A stretch of 64,000 nt of DNA from Leucoraja ocellata (Eukaryota): assembly GCA_036785375.1 (NCBI GenBank), contig JAWMAR010000107.1, positions 4,216,001-4,280,000 on the forward strand, given 5' to 3'. Shown here piece after piece: positions 48,571 to 62,762 of the stretch (position 1 is the first letter of the stretch; each line of letters opens with the position of its first letter). The position numbers and the translations under genes were made by a program. Under the pieces are notes generated by a model that was not told the origin of the DNA, searched no databases, and was given only the letters and a program-made list of their open reading frames with translations.

Positions 48571-49667
48571 TCCTACTGGAATTAGGGCTCAACACCCCCC
48601 TGTGTGCCTGGGCCCTGGACTTTCTCACCGCCAGGCCCCAGGTAGTCAAGATGGGAAGGAATACATCAAAGTCCCTCACCCTGAGCACAGGATCGCCCCA
48701 GGGTTGCGTCCTCAGCCCCCTATTGTACTCCCTGTACACACATGACTGTGTGTCTAGGTTCAGCTCCAACTCAATAATTAAATTTGCTGATGACACTGTG
48801 GTGGTGGGCCTGATCTCAGAAAAAGATGAGAAGGCCTACTGGGAGGAGGTGGCTGATCTAGCACTGGTGCCAGGACAACAGCCTCCTCTTGAACATCAAA
48901 AAAACTAATTAGCTGATCATGGACTTTAGGAGGGCACATCATCCGAGGACGTACACACCATTGAGGATAAATGGGGATACTGTGGATAGGGTGAACTGTT
49001 TTAAATATCTGGGAGTCCACATCTCTGAGGATATGACATGGACATCACACGCCGCAGCACTCGTGAGTAAGGCAAGGCAGCACCTTTACCACCTCAGGCA
49101 ATTAAGGAAATTCAGAGTGTATCCGAGGATCCTCCAGTGCTTCTACTCAGCGGCTGTGGAAAGCATCTTGTCCGGAAATATTACCATCTGGTTTGGGAAT
49201 TGCTCTGCCCAGGACAAGAAGGCTCTGCAGAGAGTAGTGCGTTCGGCCGAACGCACTATGGGAACTTCACTCGCCCCCCCCTGCAGGAACTATACATCAG
49301 AAGGTGCAACTCCAGGGCCAATAAAATCATGGGAGACCCCTTCCACCCATGGAACGGACTGTTCCAGCTGCTACAGTCAGGCAAACGCCTCCGTTGCCAT
49401 GCTGTGAGAATGGAGAGGTTGAGAAGGAGTTTCTTCCCAGTGGCCATTCGGACTGTAAACTCCTATCTCACCAGGGACTAACTTTACTGAACGTTTTTCC
49501 TTTCAATATTTAATATGTAAAAGAATATGTGTGTGTTTATGATTGTGTTTATAGTTTGTTTGGTTGTTTGTTTGTTTGTCTTTTTGCACAAAGTCCGCGA
49601 GCATTGCCACTTTCATTTCACTGCACATCTCGTATGTGTATGTGACGAATAAACTTGACTTGACTTG
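48571..49667 (+). mobile_element. Rex1/Babar LINE, 5'-truncated, nested in a minus-strand CR1 remnant
   Basis: [59 protein letters not shown]; tail AATAAA(CTTGA)n. Confidence 0.9.
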
Positions 49668-50482
49668 AAATGTCTTTCTTATGTACTTTATATTTCTCAA
49701 AGGCCCTGTCTGATTTCATTTTCTTCAACCCTTATACGCTTATTTCTCATACACTTCCTTTTTCTTTTTGAGTCTGTCATCCAAGGTTCCCTTGCCATCC
49801 TTATCCGTCCTTTTGACTGGAACATGCCGTTCCTGAACTTTGATCAGCTGGTCTTTATATGACTCCCACATGTCAGTTTCAGACTTGCTCAATGTTGGAA
49901 TAGAGGGAGGATAATTTTGCAACTTTGCTGTCCCCAGCTAGGAATGTTTGCCTGGTGTGAAATTTGATGTGCTCTTTATCAAGTTATGTCTCTCCCAGGT
50001 TTACTAAATTAAAAAAAGGGAACTTTAGTCTGTGCAGAAATGTTGGACCAGCTGCTGATTGAATTGTAAAGAGTAACTTTAGAATTTTGCCCACATAACC
50101 TTGCAAATTAGAATTTCATTATAATTTTGAGACAAACTCTATAAACAGAATTTTCATTTCAGGTATTTACTAGGGCAAGTTACACTGTTTAATTTTGACA
50201 TGCTTAGATGACAACATTTATAAATGCGTGATATTTTGATTTCCTTTTGGCTGTAAGGTTTTGAGCATGCTGAAGATGGACCAAACAAAAAATAGCTGAC
50301 ATGTTGCCTTGCAGTGCTCGTTTTAAAATAACTTGTACTGCTGTAAACTGTTTAAATTGATCACGTTTTTAAAATATAATATTCCTTCTCACCACCACAC
50401 CACTGCTATACATATAATGATAATTACTGTTATTTGCAATCTTAAATCTCAACTCCGTTCATTTATTAAGGGGTAAGTTTAT

Positions 50483-50724
50483 CATAGAAACATAGAAATT
50501 AGGTGCAGGAGTAGGCCATTCGGCCCTTCGAGCCTACACCGCCATTCAATATGATCATGGCTGATCATCCAACTCAGTATCCCGTACCTGCCTTCTCTCC
50601 ATACCCCCTAATCCCCTTAGCCACAAGGGCCACATCTAACTCCCTCTTAAATATAGCCAATGAACTGGCCTCAACTGCCCTCTGTGGCAGAGAGTTCCAG
50701 AGATTCACCACTCTCTGTGTGAAA
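50483..50724 (-). mobile_element. CR1 3' end (young subfamily of 7360-9348)
   Basis: FTQRVVNLWNSLPQRAVEASSLAIFKRELDVALVAKGIRGYGEKAGTGY plus matching 3' UTR. Confidence 0.9.
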
Positions 50725-51365
50725 ATATCCATATAATACTGCATTTCTCGAAATGAGGTCATCCAATATCTTGACAGGTGCAACAAAATCAGTCAGTGGA
50801 GAACAAAAAGATAGGAACACGAGGAGGATGTATGCTGCCTTGAGATTTCTCACACTTTTCATATAGTCATGTCTGACCCTCGATCGCTTTCCCACTTGAT
50901 CGCTTTATCCTTTGAGTAAAGTTTATTATCAGTTTTGGAAACTATCTTGTCAAGTACTTCTGTTGAAATGAAATAGTCTATGGAAAATATAGGATATTAT
51001 TGTCTGTTTCCCCGCTTGGGAATCAAATCTGGGGAATTATCGATTCGCTGCCTTAAAGCCAGCATATTTTAATTTTGATGTGGAGTGTGAAACTGACTAG
51101 TGCACAGTGCTGTCACAGATTTAGTCTCATTAAATTACTGTAAAATTGAGGCAGACTGTGGCATACATTCCTTGGGGGGGAAAAATTAATAATGTTTGAT
51201 TGGCATTCCTGATATCCAGTTGTATCAGTCCATAGCTTTCTGAAGACCAGCATTTAAAAGTTTCTCACTGTCTTTTGGAGATCCAGCGTTCCTATACTTC
51301 TACCATATTGAATAACCTCATTTAAGAAAAGTCAATCAAATTTTTATTATATCTCATATTTTCAG

Positions 51366-51486
51366 ACACAAAAATGCAGAGTTTATCTTATTATGTCAAA
51401 GCCTTAAGGTTGAAGAAAATGTGAACGAGAGAGCTTGGAAGATATGGGAGTCGATGCCAACACATTTGGTTAATGGTATTGCACTA
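51366..51486 (+). CDS. RB1: RB1 exon 2
   Basis: (R)HKNAEFILLCQSLKVEENVNERAWKIWESMPTHLVNGIAL aligns with human F..LCQKLKI...V.ERAW..WE; tttcag acceptor, gtaagt donor; phase 2-0. Confidence 0.9.
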
Positions 51487-53119
51487 GTAAGTATTTTAAT
51501 TTGTTTAACATTGTTTTGGACTTTAGTTATAAAAATTGTTAAATATTTAGCACTGTTCTCCAATTGGTTGCAACTTAAGTAGTGCATGCAAATAGCCTGT
51601 TACATCAATTTTGGTAAAAGTCAAACATTTTATTGGTTGAAATCACTGCTAAATAGCTGTAAATTTAGTTTTGAAATATGTAGTATCTGCCCATGCATCC
51701 CATTCGCTTACTTTTATGCGGTAATCTCTGTAAAACGTGTTAGGATAACCTTTTATCAAAAAAACAGAAAAATCACCACACTAAAGTTAACATTTTAAAT
51801 TATTATTACAAAATGACAATCTTCCAGTTAAAATACACAATAGTACCTGAATTCCTATTTCTAGAAACTTCCATGTAAAAATCATTCTGGAAATCATGAA
51901 CAATGCTAATCATTTTTTTTTACATTAATTCTTGTTCGTGATAATTAACCTGCCAAACGGCTGCTGCCCACTGGTTTTTGCTTGCTATGTTTATGTATAC
52001 ATATACATACATGTTACATAATATATACATATATAGGCCAGAAATCAAGAGGATACAACTTGCTGAGAAATGTCAGTGATTCCTTGCCGACTGCCCATAT
52101 TTCTTTGTTCAAGTGCTGTCAAGTATAGGATTTCCAAGTGACCATAAGCAAAACTCAGTGACTACCTCATGGCGTCCAACAGATTGGCAATAGTTGGCAA
52201 TTAGCACTCATATTATCTTGAACTAATTGTTTTAATTTATTCATAAAGTTTTTTTATTAAAGAAAAATTTCCATTGTACTTTATTAGATTTTACATGTAC
52301 ATTGATATTTAGGAATCTCAATGTTTTTCAGATATTTTCTCCTTGATAGGTTTGACAGCCAGTTAAGCATGAAGATATGAGGTGGCTGGTTTACAGCTTT
52401 TTTTCAAATTCTTCCATAATCTAGCCTTCTACTCTCACCACCCCTTCATCTCCCCCTCCCTCCTCCCCTCCACACACACATTCAATCATAAATTATGCTT
52501 CTGAACAGGCTATATCCATCAAAGGGTAGGTGGCATTTGCTAGTTTGTCTATACTGCCCCTTTGTTCAATTCTTACTAAGCCTAGCTTGATTGCTTTGTT
52601 AGTGATTATGTGTTTGCACAGCCGAGGGCAATGGTAGTAACATTAAACTAAAGGAATTAATAGCTGATGAAAATCAACGATAAAACTGCAGATGCTGGAA
52701 ATATATCTGTAAATACTCAGCTGATCAGGCCACATATGTGGGAAAGGAAACAATATTTCAGGTTGGAGTCCTCACATCGGAATTGAAAAGTAGACAAAAG
52801 CTTGTTAAGCTGCAGGCTTAGTAAACCGGTGTAGCTGGGGATAAGCTGTAAACAGGTTAATAGGTCAATGAGTGACTGTCAGCAGTTAGAGAATGAGAGT
52901 ATAAGCAAAAGAAGGAGGACTTGCTAATATCGCAGATGGATGACAGATACCACCTAGGAAATTAGCACGTGATGCAGTAGAATTCAATATTAAGTTCAGA
53001 GGGCTGCAACATGCCCAGACAGAAAAGTGCTATGCTGGTTTGCGTTGACAGCACAGACGACCATAGATCAATAGGTTAGAGTGGGATGGGGTTTAAAATG
53101 GAAGGCAATGAACAGCTAA

Positions 53120-53387
53120 TGCCCCTGTCCCACTTAAGTCCCTGAACGGAAACCTCTGGTGACCTTGTGCCCCACCCAAGGTTTCCATGAGTCGCCAGAG
53201 GTTTTGGTCACTTGCCTGGAAAGCCTCAACCGAAGCGTGAGCTGCATCTGAAAACTGTATCCACTCCTTCTCTCCTCCGCTTCTCTCCCTTCCTCCCTCC
53301 CGTGCTCTCTAAAGGACTTACCGTGCTCTGTGGCAGCCGTTTACCTTCCTCTTCATCGCGCAGACAGCGTTCCTCCGCTGTCCTTCG

Positions 53388-53433
<46 letters not shown>

Positions 53434-53599
53434 TCAGTAGCAAAGATCCTGTAGGATCTTTGGTCAGTAGATGCAGCTCGCGCTTCGGTCGAGGCTTTCC
53501 AGGCGAGTGACCAATACCTCTGGCAACTCCTGGAATCCTTGCGTGGGGCGCAAGGTCACCAGAGGTTTCCGTTCAGGTTTCCTAAATGGGACAGGGGCA
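53120..53599. mobile_element. PIF/Harbinger-type MITE containing a (TG)n microsatellite
   Basis: TIR TGCCCCTGTCCCA / TGGGACAGGGGCA with extended subterminal inverted repeats; TAA/TTA flanks; (TG)n at ~53389-53431. Confidence 0.75.
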
Positions 53600-54371
53600 T
53601 TAGGAATGCAGAGGCCTTTAAGTGTCTTTTGTTTCTTTTTCAGTTCTGATGAAAAGTCTCTAACCTGATAAATTACCTTGGTTTCTCTTCCCACAGATGT
53701 GGTCTAACCTGCTGAATATTTCTGGGATCGATTGTTCCATTTAACTGTTGTTAAATTGTTAATATTTTTACAATCAGTTATTCCGATTGTCCAGAAATTA
53801 GCTGGATTGGTATTAACATTTTGTTGCAAATTGTTCTTAAACTTTGAGCGCTGACTCCATATTCAAGCATAATTTACTACTACTGCTTCTTGTCTACAGC
53901 TGGAGCAATGTCATAAGGCTATGTATGACAGTTTCAGAGAGGGATTTTATTGAGGATAGGATCTGATGATATGGTCCTTTATTTGATCTGGTTACTGCAT
54001 GCACAAGCAAAGGTGGGTTTGTTCTGCCATTAAGTGATCACATAGCCTATATCCTATTATGATTGCATGGAATCGAGCAGGTTTTTGAGACCAATGAATC
54101 CCTGGAAGCCTCACTATTGAATCTTGAATAACTTCCTTGATTTTTTTCAAATAGCATTTTTAGAACCTGCTTTATTTCCTTGGTCACCTCTGTTGATATT
54201 GGCAAGACAGTAGTAGAGGGATCAGACAGGCTTTCATCGTTGTGGGTATAGGTTCTTGTAGTTGTTGATTTGGACAACCTCTTTGTCCAAGGATCACAGT
54301 ATGGCAACATACTGGGGCAATGTTTGATAGCATCTGAACCATTGTGGTGGCATTAATTTTAAGAAGTTGTA

Positions 54372-55364
54372 CAGGTGCACAACCTTTTATCCGAAAGCCT
54401 TGGGACCAGACACTTGTCGGATTTCGGACATTTTCGGATTTCCGAATGGAAGATTTTTAGCGTAGATTAGGTAGGTAGCGCGGGCGGCTTGAAAAGTCTG
54501 GAGCGACTGCCTCCTCCCCGGAGACTGGGGAATCATTGCATAAATGTTTTAGTTTGGAGGGATTTTATGTGGTGGTGCGTGGGTGAAGGGGGAAACTTTA
54601 ATTCTTAGTCCCCTACATGGTCGGCGACTCCCAACATCGCGGAGCTGGGGGCTCCGTCCGGCCGCGGGCGGCGCCGGTTGTAGCTCCGACCCCGGCAACT
54701 CTACCCCTGGCTGCGAGGCGCTCCAAATCCAGCGCCGCCCGCAGCCCCAGCTCCGCGAATGTTGGGAGAAGGCGGCCTCCGCGCCCTGGAGCTTACCGCA
54801 CAGCGACCCGGTAAGGAATCGCCCGCTTCCCGCTGGTATCCCAGCGCTGCGACGCCGCCGACTCCCAACATTTGCGGAGCTGGGGTGGGGGGTGTCCGGC
54901 CGCGGGCGGCGCTGGATTTGGAGCGCCTCGCAGCCAGGGGTAGAGTTGCCGGGGTCGGAGCTACAACCGGCGCCGCCCGCAGCCCCAGCTGGGAGTTGGC
55001 GGCCACAGCGCTGTGGAGCTTACTGCACGGCGACCCGGTAAGGCATTGACCGCTCCCCGTCTCTCAGACCAGGTAGGGGACTAAGAATTAAAGTTTACCC
55101 CTTCAAACCCCCCCCTTCACATAAAAGCCCTCCAAACTAACTGACTAACATTTAAGCAATGATTTGCAGATGTTTAAGTGCCTCCCCGGTCTCCGGGGAG
55201 GAGGCAGCCGCTACAGTAGTACAGACCTGGGTTGACCGTGGGTCGTTTCGGGTCAAGTTTGGCGCCAAACGCGAGCTTTGGTGTGCAGACGATATCCTGG
55301 AAAAAATGGCCGGTTTTCGGAGTTTTTCGGTTTCCGGAACACCGGATAAAAGGTTGTGCACCTG
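54372..55364. mobile_element. Tc1/mariner-type (pogo/Tigger-like) non-autonomous element, CpG-rich, with internal tandem units
   Basis: Perfect 22-bp TIR CAGGTGCACAACCTTTTATCCG; TA on both sides. Confidence 0.88.
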
Positions 55365-55510
55365 TACTGCACACCAATGAGTTTCAGTAAACAACACCTG
55401 AGTATCATTCTTGGCAATTGAATAAGCATGTGTTAGAGCACTCCCTTGGTGTGGTTGTTGTTCAGTTTTCATATCCCTCATTTCTTTAGTTGCTTAAAAA
55501 CAACCACTGT

Positions 55511-56096
55511 TTGATAGGAGCAAAGAGGTCCTTCTGCAGTTGTACAGAGCCCTAGTGAGACCACACCTGGAGTATTGTGTGCAGTTTTGGTCCCCTAATT
55601 TGAGGAAGAACATTCTTGCTATTGAGGGAGTGCAGCGTAGCTTTACAAGGTTAATTCGCGGGATGGTGGGACTGTCATATGCAGAGAGAATGGAACAGCT
55701 GGGCTTGTACACTCTGGAGTTTAGAAGGATGAGATGGGAATTCATTGAAACATATAAGATTGTTAAGGGCTTGAACAGGCAGGAAACATGTTCCCGATAT
55801 TGGGGGAGTCCAGAACCAGGGGCCACAGTTTAAGAATAAGGAGTAAGCCATTTAGAACGGAGACGAGGAAACAATTTTCCTCACAGAGAGTGGTAAGTCT
55901 GTGGTATTCTCTGCCTCAGAGGGTAGTGGAGGCAGGTTCTCTGGATGCTTTCAAGAGAGAGCTAGATCGGGCTCTTAAAAAATAGCGGTCGGGATATGGG
56001 GAGAAGGCAGGAACGGGGTACTGATTGGGGATGATCGGCCATGATCACATTGAATGGCGGTACTGGCTCGAAGGGCAGAATGGCTATTGTCTATTG
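55511..56096 (+). mobile_element. CR1 3' fragment
   Basis: YRALVRPHLEYCVQFWSPNLRKNILAIEGVQRSFTRLI and CR1 3' UTR. Confidence 0.9.
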
Positions 56097-58355
56097 ATAC
56101 ATGGCAGGATTATGGGAAGACTGCTTTTATTGTTTTTGCTTCACCTTTAAAGTCAAAGCAATGGCCAATTATTTTTGGCTGAAGTTGCTTCCAGAAAGCT
56201 TGGGTTGCTTTTCTCTGCCTCTTAGCAACTCAGTATTCTGCAGAAAGCCTAAATCAATCTAAGATTGAATTTTTTCCCTAATTCAGGAAGGCTTTTTCCA
56301 ATGGTTTTCTTGTGGTTTTCTGGGGCAGACACTCTTCCAGCTCTCCTACTTAACTTGCCTTCTTTTCTCTGTTGCTGTCATAACTTTAATTATTTTTATA
56401 GGTTCTGTTTATGCAATGATTAATGTTGTCCTATTGTCCTATAATTTATTTTACCTCCTGGATCTATACCATTTGAAAGCATGTTAGGATGCTTTAATTA
56501 TTTTTTCCTACAACCTAATTTGTAGACTATTTAACATCCTTAATCTTTTCTTCCTCCTGCTGTCTTCAGCCTTTAAAATTCAAATTCATCATGCTATGAT
56601 TTTGTTTGTTAATATGAATGTGCTTAATTATATTTAACAGCAATGATACCCTGACTTTAGCTCTTTGAAGCTTGCTTTGTTTTCTCTGCAATGATAAAGG
56701 TTAATAATGTGATATTCTTTTTAAGTTTTTAAGACTTAAGCCATATGTCATAAGCAATTTGAAACTAGAAATGAAATGATATTAATACTCGGGTCAATTG
56801 ACATTTGTGGAGAGAGAAAAATTAATTCAGCGATACTTAATCAGACATAGAAAAGTGAGTAAATTTGGGGTATTTTCAGTTACAGAAAAAGGATGGAGCG
56901 GAACGAACAATGGGAATGTCTGTAATGGGGTGCGGACCAATTACTGCTGTAAAAGAGAGAAGAAAATGTACACTTGTTACCATAGTAGTGAACAGAGCAA
57001 AATACCAAAGTGAGCGCGTGCTGTTGGGGAAAGAGAACAGAGCGTGCTGAAATTAGGCGACGCAGAATACAGCATATGGAAACTAAAGTAAAAGAGAATG
57101 CTTATGATACTTGGATCAGATATCATTGCGAAGAGAGAAAAACTAAATTAATTTTACAGGTGGATTAACTTGCATTGGCTCTGGCCAAGGAATGGAAAAG
57201 ACTAATTATTTGAAATTATTGAATTCAATATTGAGTCCCAAGGCTTGCACTATGCCTAGACGGAAGATGACAGTGCTGGTTCTTGAGTTTATGTTGGGCT
57301 TTGTTGGTACAATCTAGGATCCAAAGGTGTAGAGGTATTGGGTTGGAGAATTTGAATGACAGGAAAATGGGGTCGGAGTCATCCAGTGCATGTATGGTTT
57401 CTCAATGTAGAAAATATTGTAAATGCTGTCCACTGAATTGAAGTAGTGCAAATAGTGCAACCTTATTCTGCTTGGGCAACTTACAACCCAGTGTATGAAC
57501 ATTGAATTCTCCAATTTTTAGAACTACTCAACCCTCTTCATTCTTCCACCATATAACACCTCCTCACCTTTGTCTATTTGCACTTTCCAGACAGATCAGT
57601 AATGATTATGTAGAATTAAGTTTAGTCTCATACACATTACTAAAAGTATTTATGTCACCCAACCTTGGCCGCCCACCTATCCCAACCTTTGTTCTCTTCT
57701 CCGACTCTCCTCCTTGCAGCCTAAAATTAGCTTGTTTTCTACTTTTTCCAGTTATAATTAAAGGTCATCAGCCTGAAACATTATCTTTCAGCAAGGAGTG
57801 ACATGTTGATGCAGCAGTTAGTGCTGCTGCCTTACAGGCTCCTAGGGTTCAAGTTTTGATCCTGATTATGGTTTCTGTTTGAGGAGTTTTTACATTATCT
57901 CCATGAGCAAGTAAACTTCTACCCACATCCCAAAGACATGGGTAGCCACTGTAAATTACACATTGGTGTAGACTAATGGCAAAAAGAATCTAAGGAGAAG
58001 TTATAGACTTTGTGAAAAATAATAAGTTACAGGGGTTTAGGGACATAAGGAGAAAGATTAATAGGATTCCTCACCTTGGAGCCAGCATGTATCCAATTAG
58101 CCGCATGGTCTGCTTTTGTGTCGTTATAAGCATAAAAGATTTTGCCTGTCCCGTAGAATATGCCTATCATTTGCTATCTTTATTTTAAATTTCCAGCATT
58201 TGTGGTTCCTTGCTTTTCACAAACAATTGGAAGCCTATTTGGTACTTTTTGTTTGCTTTAGCTACAATTTATATATTCATTAAAGTACCTTGTTCAAATA
58301 TTTTTAATTCAAATAACTTTTTAGTGACGTTAACATTAATGCTCTCTTCTCCCAG

Positions 58356-58456
58356 GAAAATAGGAAGTATTGGGGGATTTGCATTTTTATCGCAGCAGTA
58401 GATTTGAATGCTGTTTCCTTCACTCTGACGGAATTGCAGAAAACCTTGGATCTGAA
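58356..58456 (+). CDS. RB1: RB1 exon 3
   Basis: ENRKYWGICIFIAAVDLNAVSFTLTELQKTLDL(N); WGICIFIAAVDL matches human RB1; cccag acceptor, gtaggt donor; phase 0-2. Confidence 0.95.
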
Positions 58457-59851
58457 GTAGGTTCATATATTCTCGTGTTATTATTTGCCATTAAAAACGT
58501 TTTTTCTAGCCATATGATGATTTTAGTTTATGGTTGAGTTCACCTTCGTGTAACAATTCATTACACCAATTATTTTTAGTTTGTTAATTTGATTAATCTG
58601 ATTAAATGTTGGCATCCATTTTTTTGTATTCATTTAATCTTGAATATAAAAATAAATATACTGAATGACTGCATTTTGGTGTGTTTATACCACATTAAAG
58701 AAAATATAGCTAAGGAGTAATAACAAAAGCTATAGCTTAATCAAATGAGGTTAATGAATCTCAATGTATTAATCCCAACACAAAATCTTATAAAAAGACA
58801 TGAACATCTAATGAGATCGTAACCAAGATGAATAATGAATAACAACAGTACACTTTGAACAAATTAGTAATGGACAGACAGGGGACTCAAGAAACAGAAA
58901 ATGTCACAAAGAGGAGTATGAAGGAAAGAAGATGGTGAGCTAATGTATAAATATAAATGCAATAGAATAGGAGACAAATTGTGGTTATTGTAGGCTGGTG
59001 AGCTTAATATCTACTATTGGAAAAATGATAGTCATTTATTATAGAGGGAATAACACAGTGTTAGGAAAATCATATTCTAATCAAGCAGCGTCAACGTGGC
59101 TTCATGAAGGAGAAATCATATCCAACAAATTTATGAAGTTCTTTCAGGAAATATTAACAAACTTAATAGATGGGACCCAGTAGATGTAATGTATCAAAAT
59201 TTGAATTTTCAAAAGGACAAGATGCCAAACAAAAGGAACTTGTGTTCCTAAGGTTATGGTGTTAACACTTAACATATAAGCATGGATAAAGACAGGTAGA
59301 CACAACAAAATGCAGATCTGGTTTACCAAAAGAAAGAGACAGTGCTGGAGTAATTCAGCAGGTCAGATAGCATCTCTGCAGAACATGGATATTGGATGTT
59401 TTGGTTTAAGACCTTCTTCAGCATAGATAGAGGATTGGTTAACTATCAGGAAACATTGCATTTTTCCCCACAGAGGGTGGTGTCTTATGTTTTTTTTTCC
59501 GCTTAGAAGGTGGTGCATATTTGAAATGAACTGCCAGAGGAAGTAGTAGAGGTGTGTGCAATTATGACTTTTAAAAGACACTTAGACAGGTATATGGATA
59601 AGAAAGGTTTTGAGGGATATGGGCAAGTAGGATTACCTCGGTTAGGCATCATTGGTGAGTTAGGTCAAAGGGCCTTTTTCTGTACAGTTGCTCTATGACT
59701 AAGTAAGCAGGTTATTTTCAGCTTGGCAACGTGCAGCCAGTGGGTTACAACAGGGATTAAACTGCAGACCTGTGTTGAAACCTCAGATGTATACATTGCT
59801 TGTTGATTATTTAGAAAAAGGATACCAATATATTGTAACCAAAACTGCAGA

Positions 59852-60280
59852 TAATAGACAATAGGTGCACGAGTAGTCCTACGAGCCAGCACTGCCATTC
59901 GCTGTGATCATGGCTGATCATCCACAGTCACTACCCTGTTCCTGCCTTCTCCCTATATACCTTGACTCTGCTATTTTTAAGAGCTCCATCTAACTCTTGA
60001 AAGCATCCAGAGAATTGGCCTCCACTGCCCTCTGAGGCATAGAATTCTACAGTCACAACTCTGGGTGAAAAAGCTTTTCCTCATCTCCGTTCTAAATGGC
60101 CTACTCCTTATTCTTAAACTGTGGCCCCTGGTTCTGGACTCCCCCAACATTGGTAACAGGGTTCCTGCCTCTGGCATGTTCAATCCCTTAATAATCTTAT
60201 ATGTTTCAATAAGATATCCTCTCATCCTTCTAAATTCCAATGTATACAAGCCCAGTCACTCCATTTTATCAACATATGAT
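59852..60280 (-). mobile_element. CR1 3' fragment nested in an older plus-strand CR1 remnant (~58960-60990)
   Basis: YTLEFRRMRGYLIETYKIIKG...ESRTRGHSLRIR. Confidence 0.85.
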
Positions 60281-61508
60281 GTTACAAACGTAGACAGGAA
60301 GGGAAACTGCAAGGAGAATACAAACATTTTGATGATGTTGAGTGAACGGGTGAAATTTGAAGAAATGGAATATAAAATAAGAAAAGTGGAGGTAATTCAC
60401 TTTGGAAGGAAGAATAATAAAACATTATTGATTGCAGAATGCTGCAGTACACACAGCATGAAACACAAAACTAGCATACCAATCCAACAGGTAATTAGGA
60501 GAGATAATTTAAGTCGGATATAAAAGTAGGGACATTTTAATACAATTGCAAGGTGTCTGAGAGACCACATCAGGAACACCATGTAGAGGTTTGTTAACCT
60601 CGTTTCACGAAAGATATTGTCATTGAATGCAGTTCATAGAAAGTTCGCTGGGATGATCCTGAGTATGGATGGGTTAGCCTGTAAGGCTTGATCTGTACTC
60701 ATGAGACGCAATCTTATTGAAATATTGTGGGAAAATCAAGGACCTGAATGCATAGTTTCTGAATAAGGGGATACCTTATCAGACTGATCCAAGGAAGAAT
60801 TGTTTCATTGGTTTCTTTGCCCCAAAAAACGTGTCGCTGAATTCTGGAATATGTTCAAAGTCGAGATAAGTAGGTTTTTAATCAGTAAGAGAATCAAGCG
60901 GGTGGAGATGGCAAAATTCAATGATCCATGATCATATTGAATCATGGAGCAAACTTGAATGCTGCATGCTGTCCCTCTTTCTTATGGTCAATGTTTTCAA
61001 TGTTTGATATTAAAACTAAGTACTAGGCACCAATATTTCCCAACACTGACGGCTCAAACCTGTTTGTCCAGAATTTGGATATTGAAATTTAGCCTTGGAA
61101 CATCTTCATGATTGCTAATTTATGTACTACAAGTGAAGAGCATTTACAGATGTGCAATATGCAAAATTGTGCTCAAATACCTTGACAAGCATGACTTTAT
61201 TTGATCTTTTTAAATCAATGGATGTGCGAATTGAGGCCCATGCAATATTTCAATAAATATTTTATAATAATTTGCATCTTTAAAATGTACAACAGCATTG
61301 GGCTAATCAAATTCCTATAAAATAATTAAGTCATTTTGTTTGCATGCCCTGTTGAGTAATGAATGACATTTACCATTGTGTGAGAATTGTAAATTCAAAC
61401 ATTAACTAATTTGAATTACTGGTAATTACAAAACACAATTATGATGTAAACTATTTTAAATGGAAGTCCAGAAGTGATAAATGATAAATCTTTTTTATTT
61501 ATTCTAAG

Positions 61509-61643
61509 CGTAACAGAGTTTTTGCAGCTACTGAAAAAAATGGATGTGAACTTGGACACTGTTAGCACTGAAGTAAATTTATTGGTGCTGAGACTGGTAA
61601 AGAAGCTCCATGTCTTCACTGCTCTCTTTGAAAAATTTAAGAG
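61509..61643 (+). CDS. RB1: RB1 exon 4 (gene continues beyond the window)
   Basis: (N)VTEFLQLLKKMDVNLDTVSTEVNLLVLRLVKKLHVFTALFEKFK(R) aligns with human V.KFF.LLKEID.STKV...RL.KKY.V..ALF.K; phase 2-2; gtaact donor. Confidence 0.9.
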
Positions 61644-61791
61644 GTAACTTTATAAACAATATTTGTTGTTTTAGCCACCAAGCTTATTGTTTTTTTTAAC
61701 AAAATGCAATTTTAATGTTTTGATTGTATTGAAGTTACAGTGTAAAAACAGGTCATTTAGCCCACCAAGTCCACGCTGTTCACACTAGTTA

Positions 61792-62762
61792 AACATAGAA
61801 CATAGACATAGAAAATAGGTGCAGGAGTAGGCCATTCGGCCCTTCGAGCCTGCACCGCCATTCAATATGATCATGGCTGATCATCCAACTCAGTATCCCG
61901 TACCTGCCTTCTCTCCATACCCCCTGATCCCTTTAGCCACAAGGGCCACATCTAACTCCCTCTTAAATATAGCCAATAAACTGGCCTCAACTACCTTCTG
62001 TGGCAGAGAGTTCCAGAGATTCAACACTCTCTGTGTGAAAAATGTTTTTCTCATCTCGGTCCTAAAGGATTTCCCCTCTATCCTTAAGCTGTGGCCCCTT
62101 GTCCTGGACTTCCCCAACATCGGGAACAATCTTCCTACATCTAGCCTATCCAACCCCTTAAGAATTTTGTAAGTTTCTATAAGATCCCCCCTCAATCGTC
62201 GAAATTCTAGCGAGTACAAGCCTAGTCTATCCAGTCTTTCTTCATATGAAAGTCCTGACATCCCAGGAATCAATCTGGTGAACCTTCTCTGCACTCCCTC
62301 TATGGCAATAATGTCCTTCCTCAGATTTGGAGACCAAAACTGTACACAATACTCCAGATGTGGTCTCACCAAGACCCTGTACAACTGCAGTAGAACCTCC
62401 CTGCTCCTATACTCAAATCCTTTTGCTATGAATGCTAACATACCATTCGCTTTCTTCACTGCCTGCTGCACCTGCATGCCTACTTTCAATGACTGGTGTA
62501 CCATGACACCCAGGTCTCGTTGCATCTCCCCTTTTCCTAATCGGCCACCATTTAGATAATAGTCCTTCCTGTTTTTGCCACCAAAGTGGATAACCTCACA
62601 TTTATCCACATTATACTGCATCTGCCATGCATTTTCCCACTCACCCAGCCTATCCAAGTCACCTTGCAGCCTCCTAGCATCCTCCTCACAGCTAACACTG
62701 CCCCCCAGCTTAGTGTCATCCGCAAACTTAGAGATGTTGCATTCAATTCCCTCGTCCAAATC
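61792..62762 (-). mobile_element. Young CR1 LINE 3' portion with open 289-aa frame
   Basis: ORF 61890-62759 nearly identical to the C-terminal half of 7447-9249; tail at ~61792-61815. Confidence 0.93.

Noticed and set aside
51469-51474. Alternative RB1 exon 2 donor ttg/gttaat
   Set aside because: In frame but weak; gtaagt at 51487 is consensus and gives a length closer to the human exon
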